From: an uncultured Clostridia bacterium
GTDB lineage: Bacteria > Bacillota > Clostridia > Christensenellales > UBA1242
Reading direction: 5' to 3'
Length of the DNA stretch: 55,107 bases
Assembly (NCBI GenBank): GCA_944377435.1
Contig: CALWEY010000052.1
Location: 1-55,107, forward strand
The number at the start of each line of letters is the position of its first letter. The stretch's first letter is position 1. Shown here one piece after another: positions 28,241 through 36,224 of this stretch. The notes beneath the pieces were generated by a model. The model was not told where the DNA came from, ran no database searches, and was given only the letters and a program-made list of their open reading frames with translations. The position numbers were made by a program, and so were the translations under genes.

Positions 28241-28984
28241 TTAGTCTTCCATATCTGCATTTGCTATTTTTTCTTTTGCTTTCTTTTTGTCGAGTTTAGC
28301 TTGTTTTACATCAATCTTTTTTGTTAATATTTTTGCGTGTTCATAAATGTTGTCATGAACTTCTATAAATTCTTTGCAGTATTTTTTTATTGAATCATTA
28401 AACGCATTAAATTCAGGTAAATATTGGTTAGGTCCTGCAAGTTTAACTGTCATGCCGTTTGATTTGTGCTGGCGTTTTGTTTCATAGTTTTCATATTTTA
28501 TGTCTTCAAGGCACATATATGCCCTAAAACCAGAACCGCTTATAACCTTATATGCATTTGCGTTGATAAATATAGAAATTTTTGGAACGGCATTTTTAAT
28601 AACATTTTCAAGGTCAATATATATTGGTGTTGAAAATATACCTTTAATGCCATCAACCAAGTAAAAAGAGTGATCCTTAATTGTGTCTTTAACACCAACT
28701 TTATGAGAAAAAACTTTTTGTGTTTTTGCTTTTAAATTTGAAGCTTGTTCAACTTTAAAAAACACTCGATCGTCTTCTTGAATTCTTGAAAGAACAATTC
28801 CAGCTTTATACAAAATATCGTTTGGTGTATCATAAAAAGTTTCACTACTTTTTACAGGGCCAAAATATTGAAATCTATAAAATTTTAAGATGTGTTCAAG
28901 AGCGAGTATTTTCCCAAAAGGTTTATCGGTTAGGGCTTCGTATTTTACAACATCATTATTTTGAAGTTCTACAAACTTTCCCAC
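28241..28984 (-). CDS. Hypothetical protein, possibly a CYTH-like (triphosphate tunnel) domain
   Basis: The ORF is clean. ETFYDTPNDILYKAGIVLSRIQEDDRVFFKVE resembles the Y-[YF]-[DE]-T-P-[DN]..L...G..LR.R block of CYTH proteins such as YgiF. The N-terminal ExExK motif is not intact (LEHILKF). The family call has low confidence. Confidence 0.35.
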   Translation of the reverse strand: MGKFVELQNNDVVKYEALTDKPFGKILALEHILKFYRFQYFGPVKSSETFYDTPNDILYKAGIVLSRIQEDDRVFFKVEQASNLKAKTQKVFSHKVGVKDTIKDHSFYLVDGIKGIFSTPIYIDLENVIKNAVPKISIFINANAYKVISGSGFRAYMCLEDIKYENYETKRQHKSNGMTVKLAGPNQYLPEFNAFNDSIKKYCKEFIEVHDNIYEHAKILTKKIDVKQAKLDKKKAKEKIANADMED

Positions 28985-29082
28985 AATTCCTCCTAATATA
29001 TGTTTAGTTTATCTAATTTAACAAAAAAAATCAATTATTATAATTAAATTGGGTAAATTAAATAATTATTATAAATAAAAAA

Positions 29083-29111
29083 TTGCGAATTTTTTATATT
29101 ATTGTTATAAT
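29083..29111 (+). promoter_or_regulatory. Sigma-A-type promoter for the small membrane protein gene
   Basis: TTGCGA (29083-29088), a 17-nt spacer ending in TGT, then TATAAT (29106-29111). Confidence 0.55.
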
Positions 29112-29171
29112 AAATGTGAAAATTGTGTTAAAGATAATATTCATAATTTTAGATTAAACAGGGAGATAAAT

Positions 29172-29459
29172 ATGGAAGATAAAGACAAAGAAAGCAAAAT
29201 ATACACATATGTAGGCTTGACTGTTGCTGTTGCTTCAATGATTATGTATTTATTTGTAAGTTATTATATGTTTGGTCTTGCAAAACTTCTTTTTAACATT
29301 GGAAATGTTATTTTAGGTGCAAGTTCAATTATTTTTGCTTGTTTTGGTTATAGAGCAGATAATAAAGCACTAACACTTGTAAATATGGCAACTTTTTGCA
29401 TATCAATAACTATTATGATTTCGCTTATATTTGAAATAGTAAGAAATTATATATTTTAA
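29172..29459 (+). CDS. Small membrane protein (95 aa, about 3 TM)
   Basis: SD GGGAG lies before the ATG. It has three hydrophobic segments and its own promoter and terminator. Confidence 0.6.
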   Translation: MEDKDKESKIYTYVGLTVAVASMIMYLFVSYYMFGLAKLLFNIGNVILGASSIIFACFGYRADNKALTLVNMATFCISITIMISLIFEIVRNYIF

Positions 29460-29462
29460 ACT

Positions 29463-29507
29463 AAATACACTTATTTTTCTTAATGTTAAATAAGTGTATT
29501 TTATTTT
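29463..29507 (+). terminator. Intrinsic terminator (12-bp perfect stem)
   Basis: AAATACACTTAT-15 nt loop-ATAAGTGTATTT followed by TATTTT. Confidence 0.75.
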
Positions 29508-29548
29508 GATAAAGTAAAAAAAAAGTATATAATTATGCAAGGAGAATT

Positions 29549-30646
29549 ATGTATCAAGCACTGTACAGAAAATATAGGCCAAAAACATTTGATCAAATTG
29601 TTGGGCAAGACCATATTGTAGAAACACTTAAAAATCAAATTAAAGCAGGGCAAATCAACCATGCTTATCTTTTTACTGGCACAAGGGGAACGGGAAAAAC
29701 AACAACAGCAAAAATTTTTGCAAGGGCAATAAATTGTTTAAATCCACAAAACGGTTCACCATGTTATGAATGTGAAATATGCAAAGCGCTTAGCGACAAT
29801 AATAATGTAGATGTTGTGGAAATAGACGCTGCTTCTAATAATAGGGTTGACGAAATAAGAGACATAAGGGAAAAAGTAAAATTTTTGCCGGTGAATGGGA
29901 AATATAAAGTATATATTATAGACGAAGTTCATATGCTTACAGAAAGTGCATTTAATGCACTGCTTAAAACACTTGAAGAACCACCATCGCACATAGTTTT
30001 TATTTTAGCAACAACAGAGGTTCACAAACTCCCGGCAACAATTCTTTCAAGATGTATGCGTTTTGACTTTCATTTGATTAGCGACGAAGTTTTAATAAAA
30101 CAATTAAAACAAATTTTTAAAAACGAAAATGTAGAATGTGAAGAAGATGCATATAAACTCATTGCTTCGGCGGCAGAAGGGAGTGATAGAGATATGCTTT
30201 CTATTGCAGATTGCATGGTGGCATATTCTCACGGAAAAATAACAGCAGAACTTGTCATGAATATCTTGGGCAGTACAAATCATGAAACATACCTTACTAT
30301 ATGCAAAAGTATTCACAATAAAGACATAGGAACGGCACTAACAGTTTTAGATACCATTCAAAAATCAGGCAAAAACATGAGTGTAGTTGCAAAAGATTTA
30401 ACTTTGTGTTTTAGAAACTTGTTAGTTGCAAAAACTTGTGAAAATGCCAACAATATGCTCAATTTTACAACGGAAGTTTATGAAAAGTATAAATCACTTT
30501 CTAATGAGTTTGATGCAAAAGAACTTATGGAAAACATGAAAATATTTTCAGCGATTGAAGCGGAGATAAAATATGCAATTTCGCCTAGAACTTTAATCGA
30601 AACAGCAATTGTGTCGTGTTTAACCGACAGTCAAAAAAAAAACTAA
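29549..30646 (+). CDS. dnaX: DNA polymerase III subunit gamma/tau, N-terminal 365 aa (domains I-III), ending just after an A10 run
   Basis: Walker A GTRGTGKTTTAKIFARAINC, Zn module CYECEICKAL, Walker B IIDEVHML, and the SRC motif (LSRCMRF). Stop TAA is at 30644-30646. Confidence 0.9.
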   Translation: MYQALYRKYRPKTFDQIVGQDHIVETLKNQIKAGQINHAYLFTGTRGTGKTTTAKIFARAINCLNPQNGSPCYECEICKALSDNNNVDVVEIDAASNNRVDEIRDIREKVKFLPVNGKYKVYIIDEVHMLTESAFNALLKTLEEPPSHIVFILATTEVHKLPATILSRCMRFDFHLISDEVLIKQLKQIFKNENVECEEDAYKLIASAAEGSDRDMLSIADCMVAYSHGKITAELVMNILGSTNHETYLTICKSIHNKDIGTALTVLDTIQKSGKNMSVVAKDLTLCFRNLLVAKTCENANNMLNFTTEVYEKYKSLSNEFDAKELMENMKIFSAIEAEIKYAISPRTLIETAIVSCLTDSQKKN

Positions 30647-31023
30647 TGATGATAACTAAACAATCAAAACTAAAAGAAAATGCAAGCAATGTAAATTACA
30701 AAAATCTTTCAGCACGAACGCTATGGGGAAAAATTATTGTATATTTAAGAGAACATAACAATATTATTTTGCACATTGTTTGTGGTGATATAACAGATGT
30801 TTCTATTGATGGTGATAAGTTTATAATAAAAACTACGGAACAGAGTATTATAGATATGCTTAACGAAGCCGACAATTACAAACAATTACAAAAAGCTTTT
30901 GAATATTTTGGTTTTCACGATATAGAAATACAAAAAAGTAAAAAACAAATAACTGACGAAGACAACATTAAAATATTAAATAAATATTTTAATAACGAAG
31001 TAATAATAATAAACAAAAAATAA
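30646..31023 (+). CDS. dnaX: DnaX C-terminal (tau-like) segment in the -1 frame relative to dnaX
   Basis: The -1 frame is open across the A10 run (the track ORF starts at 30616). The first ATG (30646) overlaps the dnaX stop as TAATG. The sequence LWGKIIVYLREHNNIILHIVCGDITDVSIDGDKFIIKT...FGFHDIEI matches the pattern of the Firmicute DnaX C-terminal domain. Confidence 0.6.
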   Translation: MMITKQSKLKENASNVNYKNLSARTLWGKIIVYLREHNNIILHIVCGDITDVSIDGDKFIIKTTEQSIIDMLNEADNYKQLQKAFEYFGFHDIEIQKSKKQITDEDNIKILNKYFNNEVIIINKK

Positions 31024-31033
31024 GGAGAATAAC

Positions 31034-31363
31034 ATGAATAATTTTAGAGGTGGATTTGGAGGATTTAACGGAGCAAATCTTCAAAATTTAATGAGACAGG
31101 CACAAAAAATGCAACAAGATATGGAAAAGGCAAAAGAAGAACTTGTAAACACAGATTTTGTTGGAACTAGTGGTGGTGGAATGGTTCAAATAACACTTAC
31201 AGGAGATAAAAAAGCAAAAAAGGTTGAGATAAAACAAGAAGTTGTTGACCCAGATGATGTAGAAATGTTGGAAGACTTAATTCAATCAGCAATAAACGAT
31301 GCTGTTGAAAAAATAACAAAAGCCGAGCAAGAAAAATTGCCATCACTTCCACAAGGATTATAA
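31034..31363 (+). CDS. ybaB: Nucleoid-associated protein YbaB/EbfC
   Basis: 109 aa with NLQNLMRQAQKMQQDMEKAKEEL...GGGMVQITLTGDKK. The dnaX-ybaB-recR synteny is conserved. Confidence 0.9.
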   Translation: MNNFRGGFGGFNGANLQNLMRQAQKMQQDMEKAKEELVNTDFVGTSGGGMVQITLTGDKKAKKVEIKQEVVDPDDVEMLEDLIQSAINDAVEKITKAEQEKLPSLPQGL

Positions 31364-31364
31364 A

Positions 31365-31952
31365 ATGTATATAGAATCATTAGAAAAACTTATAAATTCG
31401 TTTCGTAAACTCCCAGGCGTGGGCTATAAAACGGCACAAAGATATGCGTATAGCATTTTAAACGGAAGTCTTGAAAACGCAAAAGAATTTGCCGACAGCA
31501 TTGTTTCAGCAAAAGAAAAAATTAAGTTCTGTGCAGAATGTGGTAATTTTTCGGAAACTGATGTTTGTGAAAATTGTTTAAAGAAAAATAAAGACATAAT
31601 TTGCGTTGTCAAAGAACCTAAAGATGTTGTTGCAATGGAAAAAGTTAAAAGTTTTGACGGAGTTTTTCATGTTTTGCATGGAACAATTAGTCCACTAGAA
31701 AACAGGGGACCAAATGATATAAGAATAAAAGAACTTTTGCAAAGAGTTCAAAAATACCATACAAAAGAAGTTATTATGGCAACAAATCCAGATGTTGAAG
31801 GCGATGCAACAGCAATGTATATTTCAAAACTGTTAGAACCATTAAATGTAAAAGTAACTCGCTTAGCACAGGGTGTAAGCATGGGAAGTGAACTTGAATT
31901 TGCCGATGAAGTAACACTGACCAGAGCACTTGAAAGCAGAATAAAAATATGA
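31365..31952 (+). CDS. recR: Recombination protein RecR
   Basis: HhH N-terminus (LPGVGYKTAQRYAY), C4 zinc finger (CAECGNFSETDVCENC) and a Toprim domain (VVKEPKDVVAMEK...ATNPDVEGDATA). Confidence 0.95.
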   Translation: MYIESLEKLINSFRKLPGVGYKTAQRYAYSILNGSLENAKEFADSIVSAKEKIKFCAECGNFSETDVCENCLKKNKDIICVVKEPKDVVAMEKVKSFDGVFHVLHGTISPLENRGPNDIRIKELLQRVQKYHTKEVIMATNPDVEGDATAMYISKLLEPLNVKVTRLAQGVSMGSELEFADEVTLTRALESRIKI

Positions 31953-32198
31953 TACAAAATATTTTAAATTTAACAAAATAAAAAAAATGCGTTTTTAGTA
32001 ATAGTATTTTGTTTATAAACCATTTTTTTATTTATTATATCCTATCTTTAAATTTTATTAAAAAAAACTTACAATTAATATTTTAGTTGTTGCTAGTTAA
32101 ATTTTCATTTATAGATCATTATTTTTAGGATTTTAATTATAAAAGGGTCAAATAAATTTAAACATTTACAAATTAGTTAATTTATAAAGGAGTTGTCT

Positions 32199-32657
32199 AT
32201 GGAAAAAACCAAAAACAAAAACATATATTTATGTTTATTTTTGGCTGTGATATTATTATTTTCTTGCGTTTTTTTGTTTACTGGGTGTGGTGATAATAAT
32301 GATACTTCAACAGATGGTGACACTGATACATCATCTGTAACAAGAATTCAACTTACAGTTAATAATATTTCTCGTTATTTGGGTATTAATTATAGTGTAG
32401 AAAAAACAAAGTATAATTCTAATACAATAGCAAATTATGTAAACCATGTGTATAGTGTTGAAACATATAGTCTTGGAGAATATCGCTTTGTAAACCTTGT
32501 GATTGAAATAGGTGTGACAGGAGCAAAAGATCAGAACAGAATCAGTGAAAATGGTTATGGTTCGTTTTTCTTCGTGAGAAATGGTCCGTTGCAACCTTTT
32601 ATGTCTCCAACAAGACCAGTTTTTAAAAGGGTGGTGTCTGGTTATGTTGAAGTTTAA
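32199..32657 (+). CDS. Lipoprotein, unknown function (152 aa)
   Basis: SD AAGGAG lies 6 nt before ATG 32199. Signal peptide with lipobox LFTGC followed by GDNNDTSTDGDTD. Confidence 0.65.
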   Translation: MEKTKNKNIYLCLFLAVILLFSCVFLFTGCGDNNDTSTDGDTDTSSVTRIQLTVNNISRYLGINYSVEKTKYNSNTIANYVNHVYSVETYSLGEYRFVNLVIEIGVTGAKDQNRISENGYGSFFFVRNGPLQPFMSPTRPVFKRVVSGYVEV

Positions 32658-33381
32658 AAATATAAAGAACATATTATTGATTTTGCCGTTATTTCTTTTT
32701 TCAATAATTTCTATGTATGGTTGCAATGAACAAAAATTCAACATTTCATTTTATTTAGATGGTGCATATTTAGAAACTCAAGAAACAAGTGATTATGTTA
32801 ATTATCCAAATTTTTTTGTTGCAGATGGAAATGTTATTGATGGTTGGTATTTAGATGTAAATTATTCTGAAAAGTTTAATTTTTCAAATAAAATTATGGA
32901 AGATATATCGTTATATGGTAGAAGTTTAACATATGTAGAAGCGTTTAGTAAATTGGTTAATCAAAGTGGCGAAGAAGTGTCAGATCATGAAGTTGGAGTA
33001 TCAAACGCAGGTGGTTTAGCAATTAAACTACTTGGGGGAACAGGAGTTATTAAAACAAATGGTTATTTAATTAATTATAATAATTCTATTTATATTTTAG
33101 AACATAATCGCGTTGATAAGTATAATCATTATGTTTTCATTTGGGATTTAAAAACGGGACAAGGTAGCATAACAATTGCCGAAATAGATACTTATAGAGT
33201 TCAATTTATGGCATTATTTAATTTAAGTTATGAAATGGACATAAAATCAATAGAAGATACAATTTTTTATGATACTCAAGTGTCAACGGATTACATTTAT
33301 AAAAATGGTATTGTAAAAACAAAAAAAGCCATACAGGAGTATTTAACTCAACTTGACGAATTAATAAGGATAAATTTTTGA
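32644..33381 (+). CDS. Lipoprotein, unknown function (245 aa)
   Basis: An internal start gives MLKFKNIKNILLILPLFLFSIISMYGCNEQ (lipobox SMYGC). It overlaps the upstream lipoprotein gene by 14 nt. Confidence 0.65.
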   Translation: MLKFKNIKNILLILPLFLFSIISMYGCNEQKFNISFYLDGAYLETQETSDYVNYPNFFVADGNVIDGWYLDVNYSEKFNFSNKIMEDISLYGRSLTYVEAFSKLVNQSGEEVSDHEVGVSNAGGLAIKLLGGTGVIKTNGYLINYNNSIYILEHNRVDKYNHYVFIWDLKTGQGSITIAEIDTYRVQFMALFNLSYEMDIKSIEDTIFYDTQVSTDYIYKNGIVKTKKAIQEYLTQLDELIRINF

Positions 33382-33425
33382 TTTTAAACATAATTAAAAA
33401 TTTGTAAATTATAGTTTAAAAAAAC

Positions 33426-33509
33426 AAAAAAAGAACTTTACTATTTGAAATGAAGCCCAAAAGTTAGACAACTTTAGGGTGTTCACTTCATTTTGTAGAG
33501 TTCTTTTTT
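33426..33509. terminator. Long three-segment hairpin flanked by A6/T6, acting as a bidirectional terminator between convergent genes
   Basis: Paired segments: GAACTTTAC/GTAGAGTTC, AAATGAAG/CTTCATTT, and CCCAAAAGTT/AACTTTAGGG around the loop AGAC. AAAAAA lies 5' and TTTTTT lies 3'. Confidence 0.6.
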
Positions 33510-33529
33510 ATGTAGCAATTAAATAAAAT

Positions 33530-33796
33530 TTAATCTTCGTTTTCTAATTCTTTTATAAAATCATTTATTACTTTTTTTGCGTCTTCATTATTTTCGTTTA
33601 TTGTGTCAATAAGTTCATATAACATAACAAGTTTTTCATGATTAACTGCTTTTTCATATTTAACAGACGCATCTATGTTTAGTGGATTGCCACACTTTGG
33701 ACAAAAATTTAATTTTAATGTTCCATCTTTTGAAACTTTTTGACCACAGCCTGCACAAGTTATGTTTTGACCGTCAGTTCTTATTCCTTCCATCAT
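33530..33796 (-). CDS. Small zinc-ribbon protein (88 aa) with an acidic C-terminal helix
   Basis: CAGC...(15 aa)...CPKC. ATGA start/stop overlap with the upstream gene. It is the last gene of the operon. Confidence 0.6.
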   Translation of the reverse strand: MMEGIRTDGQNITCAGCGQKVSKDGTLKLNFCPKCGNPLNIDASVKYEKAVNHEKLVMLYELIDTINENNEDAKKVINDFIKELENED

Positions 33797-35001
33797 ACTT
33801 TTTCTTCTCCCTTATTTTGTTTTTTGTTTTTTCTTTCATCAACAAATTCGATGTTTTTCTTATTTTCTTTTACTTTTATTTTTTCTTTTGCTTTGTGTAT
33901 TGAAGAAGTAATTTGTTTTGATGTTGACTTGGAAAGTTTTTCATTCATTTTTTCAAGTGATGCAGAAAGTTCGTTAAACAGTTCTATGTAACTATTGCTT
34001 TTGTTGTCTGCTATGACAGAACTGATATAATTTGATGAATCTATTTTTGTTGGGTGAGGATATCTGTAATCAACTCTATCAGCACGAACAAAATTGTTTT
34101 TGTCCATCATAATCTTAAACCAGTCATTATTTAAAGTATAAGCTCCAACTTTTGGTCTTTTTTCATTTGTTTTATCATATTCATACATTCCGCCAAAGGC
34201 AATAAACCAGCATGGTTTTGTTGTTGTTTTTCCGTCTTTATTTACATAAGTTGTAAGTCCGCAAGAATACCAATTTGTTTTGCTTGTTGTACAAAAATAA
34301 ATATCGTGACCAGGATTGTTGTTTGCAAATTTTTGCATTGAAATTGCAAGTGAACGAACTGTATTAATTTTTTCATTATAATGAAGGAGTGAAACTTGCT
34401 TTGATTTTTGATTGCTTAAATTTAATGTAAGATGGAAGCCGGCATTTACAAGTTTGTTTTTCATGTCCATCATGTTGGCAAGTTTCGCCATTAGATCGGG
34501 ACCACCATTGTCTATTATTTCTTTTTCTTTTAAACCTCTAACTAAAATAATTTTGTCTTTTATACTATTCAATTTTTTGTAAGCATAAGCAAGTTGTTCT
34601 TTGTATGGTAATGTGTCCTCGTTATTTCCTGTTGTAACTCTTGTAAAGATATCTGAAACAATAACAACAGGGTTTGTTGCGTTTTTAATTTGTTCAATTA
34701 TGTAGTCTAACCATTTTTCATTCATTGCACATTTATATGAAGCAGGATATTTAACTCTTTTTCCATCTGGTAAAAGTTTGTATGCTTTTCCCAAATTTAA
34801 TTCACACAAGCCGTTAAGTCCAACATCTTTGCTATAAACTTTAAGTGCAATTGTCTTTTGAGTTTGTTCTTCTTTTGATTCTTCAATTTCTAAGTCTATA
34901 TCCTTTAAAGTGTTCTCATCAAAAGGTTGGTCAATTTCTTCTTTTAATTTAATTTTTTTACCTATGGCATCTAATGCTCTCTTGCCATTATCTGTACTCA
35001 T
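33793..35001 (-). CDS. Degenerate (probably non-catalytic) paralog of the upstream metallophosphoesterase
   Basis: Collinear with gene 1, but the metal-ligand motifs are replaced: VVIVSDIFT vs LIGIGDMMN, ILVRGLKEKE vs VWIHSGNHERR, LLHYNE vs VTHHGD, FCTTSKT vs IGHKHT. FIAFGGMYEY vs LPAFGGGQYGY is retained. SD AAGGAG. The N-terminus is acidic and the C-terminus is Lys-rich. Confidence 0.5.
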   Translation of the reverse strand: MSTDNGKRALDAIGKKIKLKEEIDQPFDENTLKDIDLEIEESKEEQTQKTIALKVYSKDVGLNGLCELNLGKAYKLLPDGKRVKYPASYKCAMNEKWLDYIIEQIKNATNPVVIVSDIFTRVTTGNNEDTLPYKEQLAYAYKKLNSIKDKIILVRGLKEKEIIDNGGPDLMAKLANMMDMKNKLVNAGFHLTLNLSNQKSKQVSLLHYNEKINTVRSLAISMQKFANNNPGHDIYFCTTSKTNWYSCGLTTYVNKDGKTTTKPCWFIAFGGMYEYDKTNEKRPKVGAYTLNNDWFKIMMDKNNFVRADRVDYRYPHPTKIDSSNYISSVIADNKSNSYIELFNELSASLEKMNEKLSKSTSKQITSSIHKAKEKIKVKENKKNIEFVDERKNKKQNKGEEKV

Positions 35002-35011
35002 CTAATACTCC

Positions 35012-36172
35012 TTAATCTTTATTATAGTACCAATCGTTGCTTTCTATTTTTTGTGGACTATTTGTTTTGTTATTTGTTTTCTTCTTGCTTTCGGCATCTT
35101 CTAAAATAAGTTTAACAATTTTTGACTTAATTTCGTTGTCCATCTCTAAACCTGTTTTTTCTAAAATTTCTACAATTTCTAGAAATTTTCCGTATATTAT
35201 AGGTTTAATATTTTGAATGTTTTTATCTATAATTTTTACACTTTCCTTAACGCATTTATCTTTAAGTGAATATGTTCCACTTGAAAGAATTGGAATAGAT
35301 TTTGTAACTGTTACCAAAGGTGGTTGCATATTATAAGGATTCTTTTTATCGTAGAGTGGATTTAGTGCAGTTGTAATTTCAAGGGCATAGTATGGACATT
35401 TGCAGATTGGCTTTAATCCTTTTTCATAACCATACTGACCACCACCAAAAGCAGGGAGTACTATGTTTAATTCATCTTTTCTTACACGCTTTCCGTTTTT
35501 GTCTATAATTACTTTAGATTTGATAAAAGACTGGAAAGTATGTTTATGTCCAATTGCATTTATCAAAGATTCTTGGTTAATAGACGCGTTGTTTTCTGGA
35601 TTGCCACTATCTCCGTGATGCGTTACAAGATTAAATGTGTGTCTTTTTGATTTTGTGTAAGGACATTTTAATGTAATTGTTGTGTCGGCAAAACATGGGG
35701 CATAAGTTTTTGGAATTCCAAGTGCTTGTGTTGCTTGTTCAACAGGGTTTATACCTGTATTTTTATCTATTCTTCTTTCGTGATTTCCTGAATGTATCCA
35801 AACAACTTTATCTTGTTTTGCAACTTGTTTTAAAAGCGAAACAAAAACATTTAATTGTTCTTGTGGATAGGCAATATCCTCAAACATGTTGCTCACAGAA
35901 TTTAAAATTGCGGTGTTCATCATGTCTCCTATACCAATAAGTTTTGCATTAGGAGTTTGAAGAACATAGTCTAAAACTTTCATTGCTTCATCAATATCAA
36001 AATCGACAGAACCAATGTGCCAATCGCCTATAAATACAAGGACAACTGTGTCGTACTTATTTGATAAGTCAACATTGCAGGTTTTTACTCCGTAATCACT
36101 TGAAGATGTTTGTTTTTGACGATAAGAATTTATATTATCATCATTTTTAACTTTGTTTAAAATTTCTGGCAT
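35012..36172 (-). CDS. Calcineurin-like metallophosphoesterase (SbcD/Mre11-like motif set), 386 aa
   Basis: All five motifs are present in order: GDWHIG, GIGDMMN, GNHE, THHG, GHKH. The start at ATG 36172 has SD GAGGTG. The track ORF start at 36208 lies upstream of the promoter -10. Confidence 0.75.
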   Translation of the reverse strand: MPEILNKVKNDDNINSYRQKQTSSSDYGVKTCNVDLSNKYDTVVLVFIGDWHIGSVDFDIDEAMKVLDYVLQTPNAKLIGIGDMMNTAILNSVSNMFEDIAYPQEQLNVFVSLLKQVAKQDKVVWIHSGNHERRIDKNTGINPVEQATQALGIPKTYAPCFADTTITLKCPYTKSKRHTFNLVTHHGDSGNPENNASINQESLINAIGHKHTFQSFIKSKVIIDKNGKRVRKDELNIVLPAFGGGQYGYEKGLKPICKCPYYALEITTALNPLYDKKNPYNMQPPLVTVTKSIPILSSGTYSLKDKCVKESVKIIDKNIQNIKPIIYGKFLEIVEILEKTGLEMDNEIKSKIVKLILEDAESKKKTNNKTNSPQKIESNDWYYNKD

Positions 36173-36194
36173 ATTCACCTCAATAATCACTGTC

Positions 36195-36224
36195 ATTATA
36201 ACATTCAAAATTAACCAATGTCAA
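36195..36224 (-). promoter_or_regulatory. Near-consensus sigma-A promoter of the metallophosphoesterase operon
   Basis: On the minus strand: TTGACA (36224-36219), an 18-nt spacer ending in TGT, then TATAAT (36200-36195). Confidence 0.65.

Noticed and set aside
29069-29100. A/T palindrome AAAAAATT-GCG-AATTTTTT upstream of the small membrane protein gene
   Set aside because: It is composed almost entirely of A/T in a very AT-rich spacer and overlaps the -35 (TTGCGA) of an ordinary promoter. It is likely fortuitous.
29460-29548. SRP (4.5S/scRNA) gene upstream of dnaX, as in the B. subtilis scr-dnaX synteny
   Set aside because: Only about 90 nt are available, and these are occupied by a terminator hairpin and the dnaX SD. 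I saw no conserved SRP domain IV sequence (GGUGCUGUUU...GGAAGCAGCCA-like).
36173-36208. Upstream start (MNVIMTVIIEVN...) for the metallophosphoesterase gene
   Set aside because: It overlaps the TGT-TATAAT -10 element at 36195-36203 and has no SD. ATG 36172 is preceded by GAGGTG.
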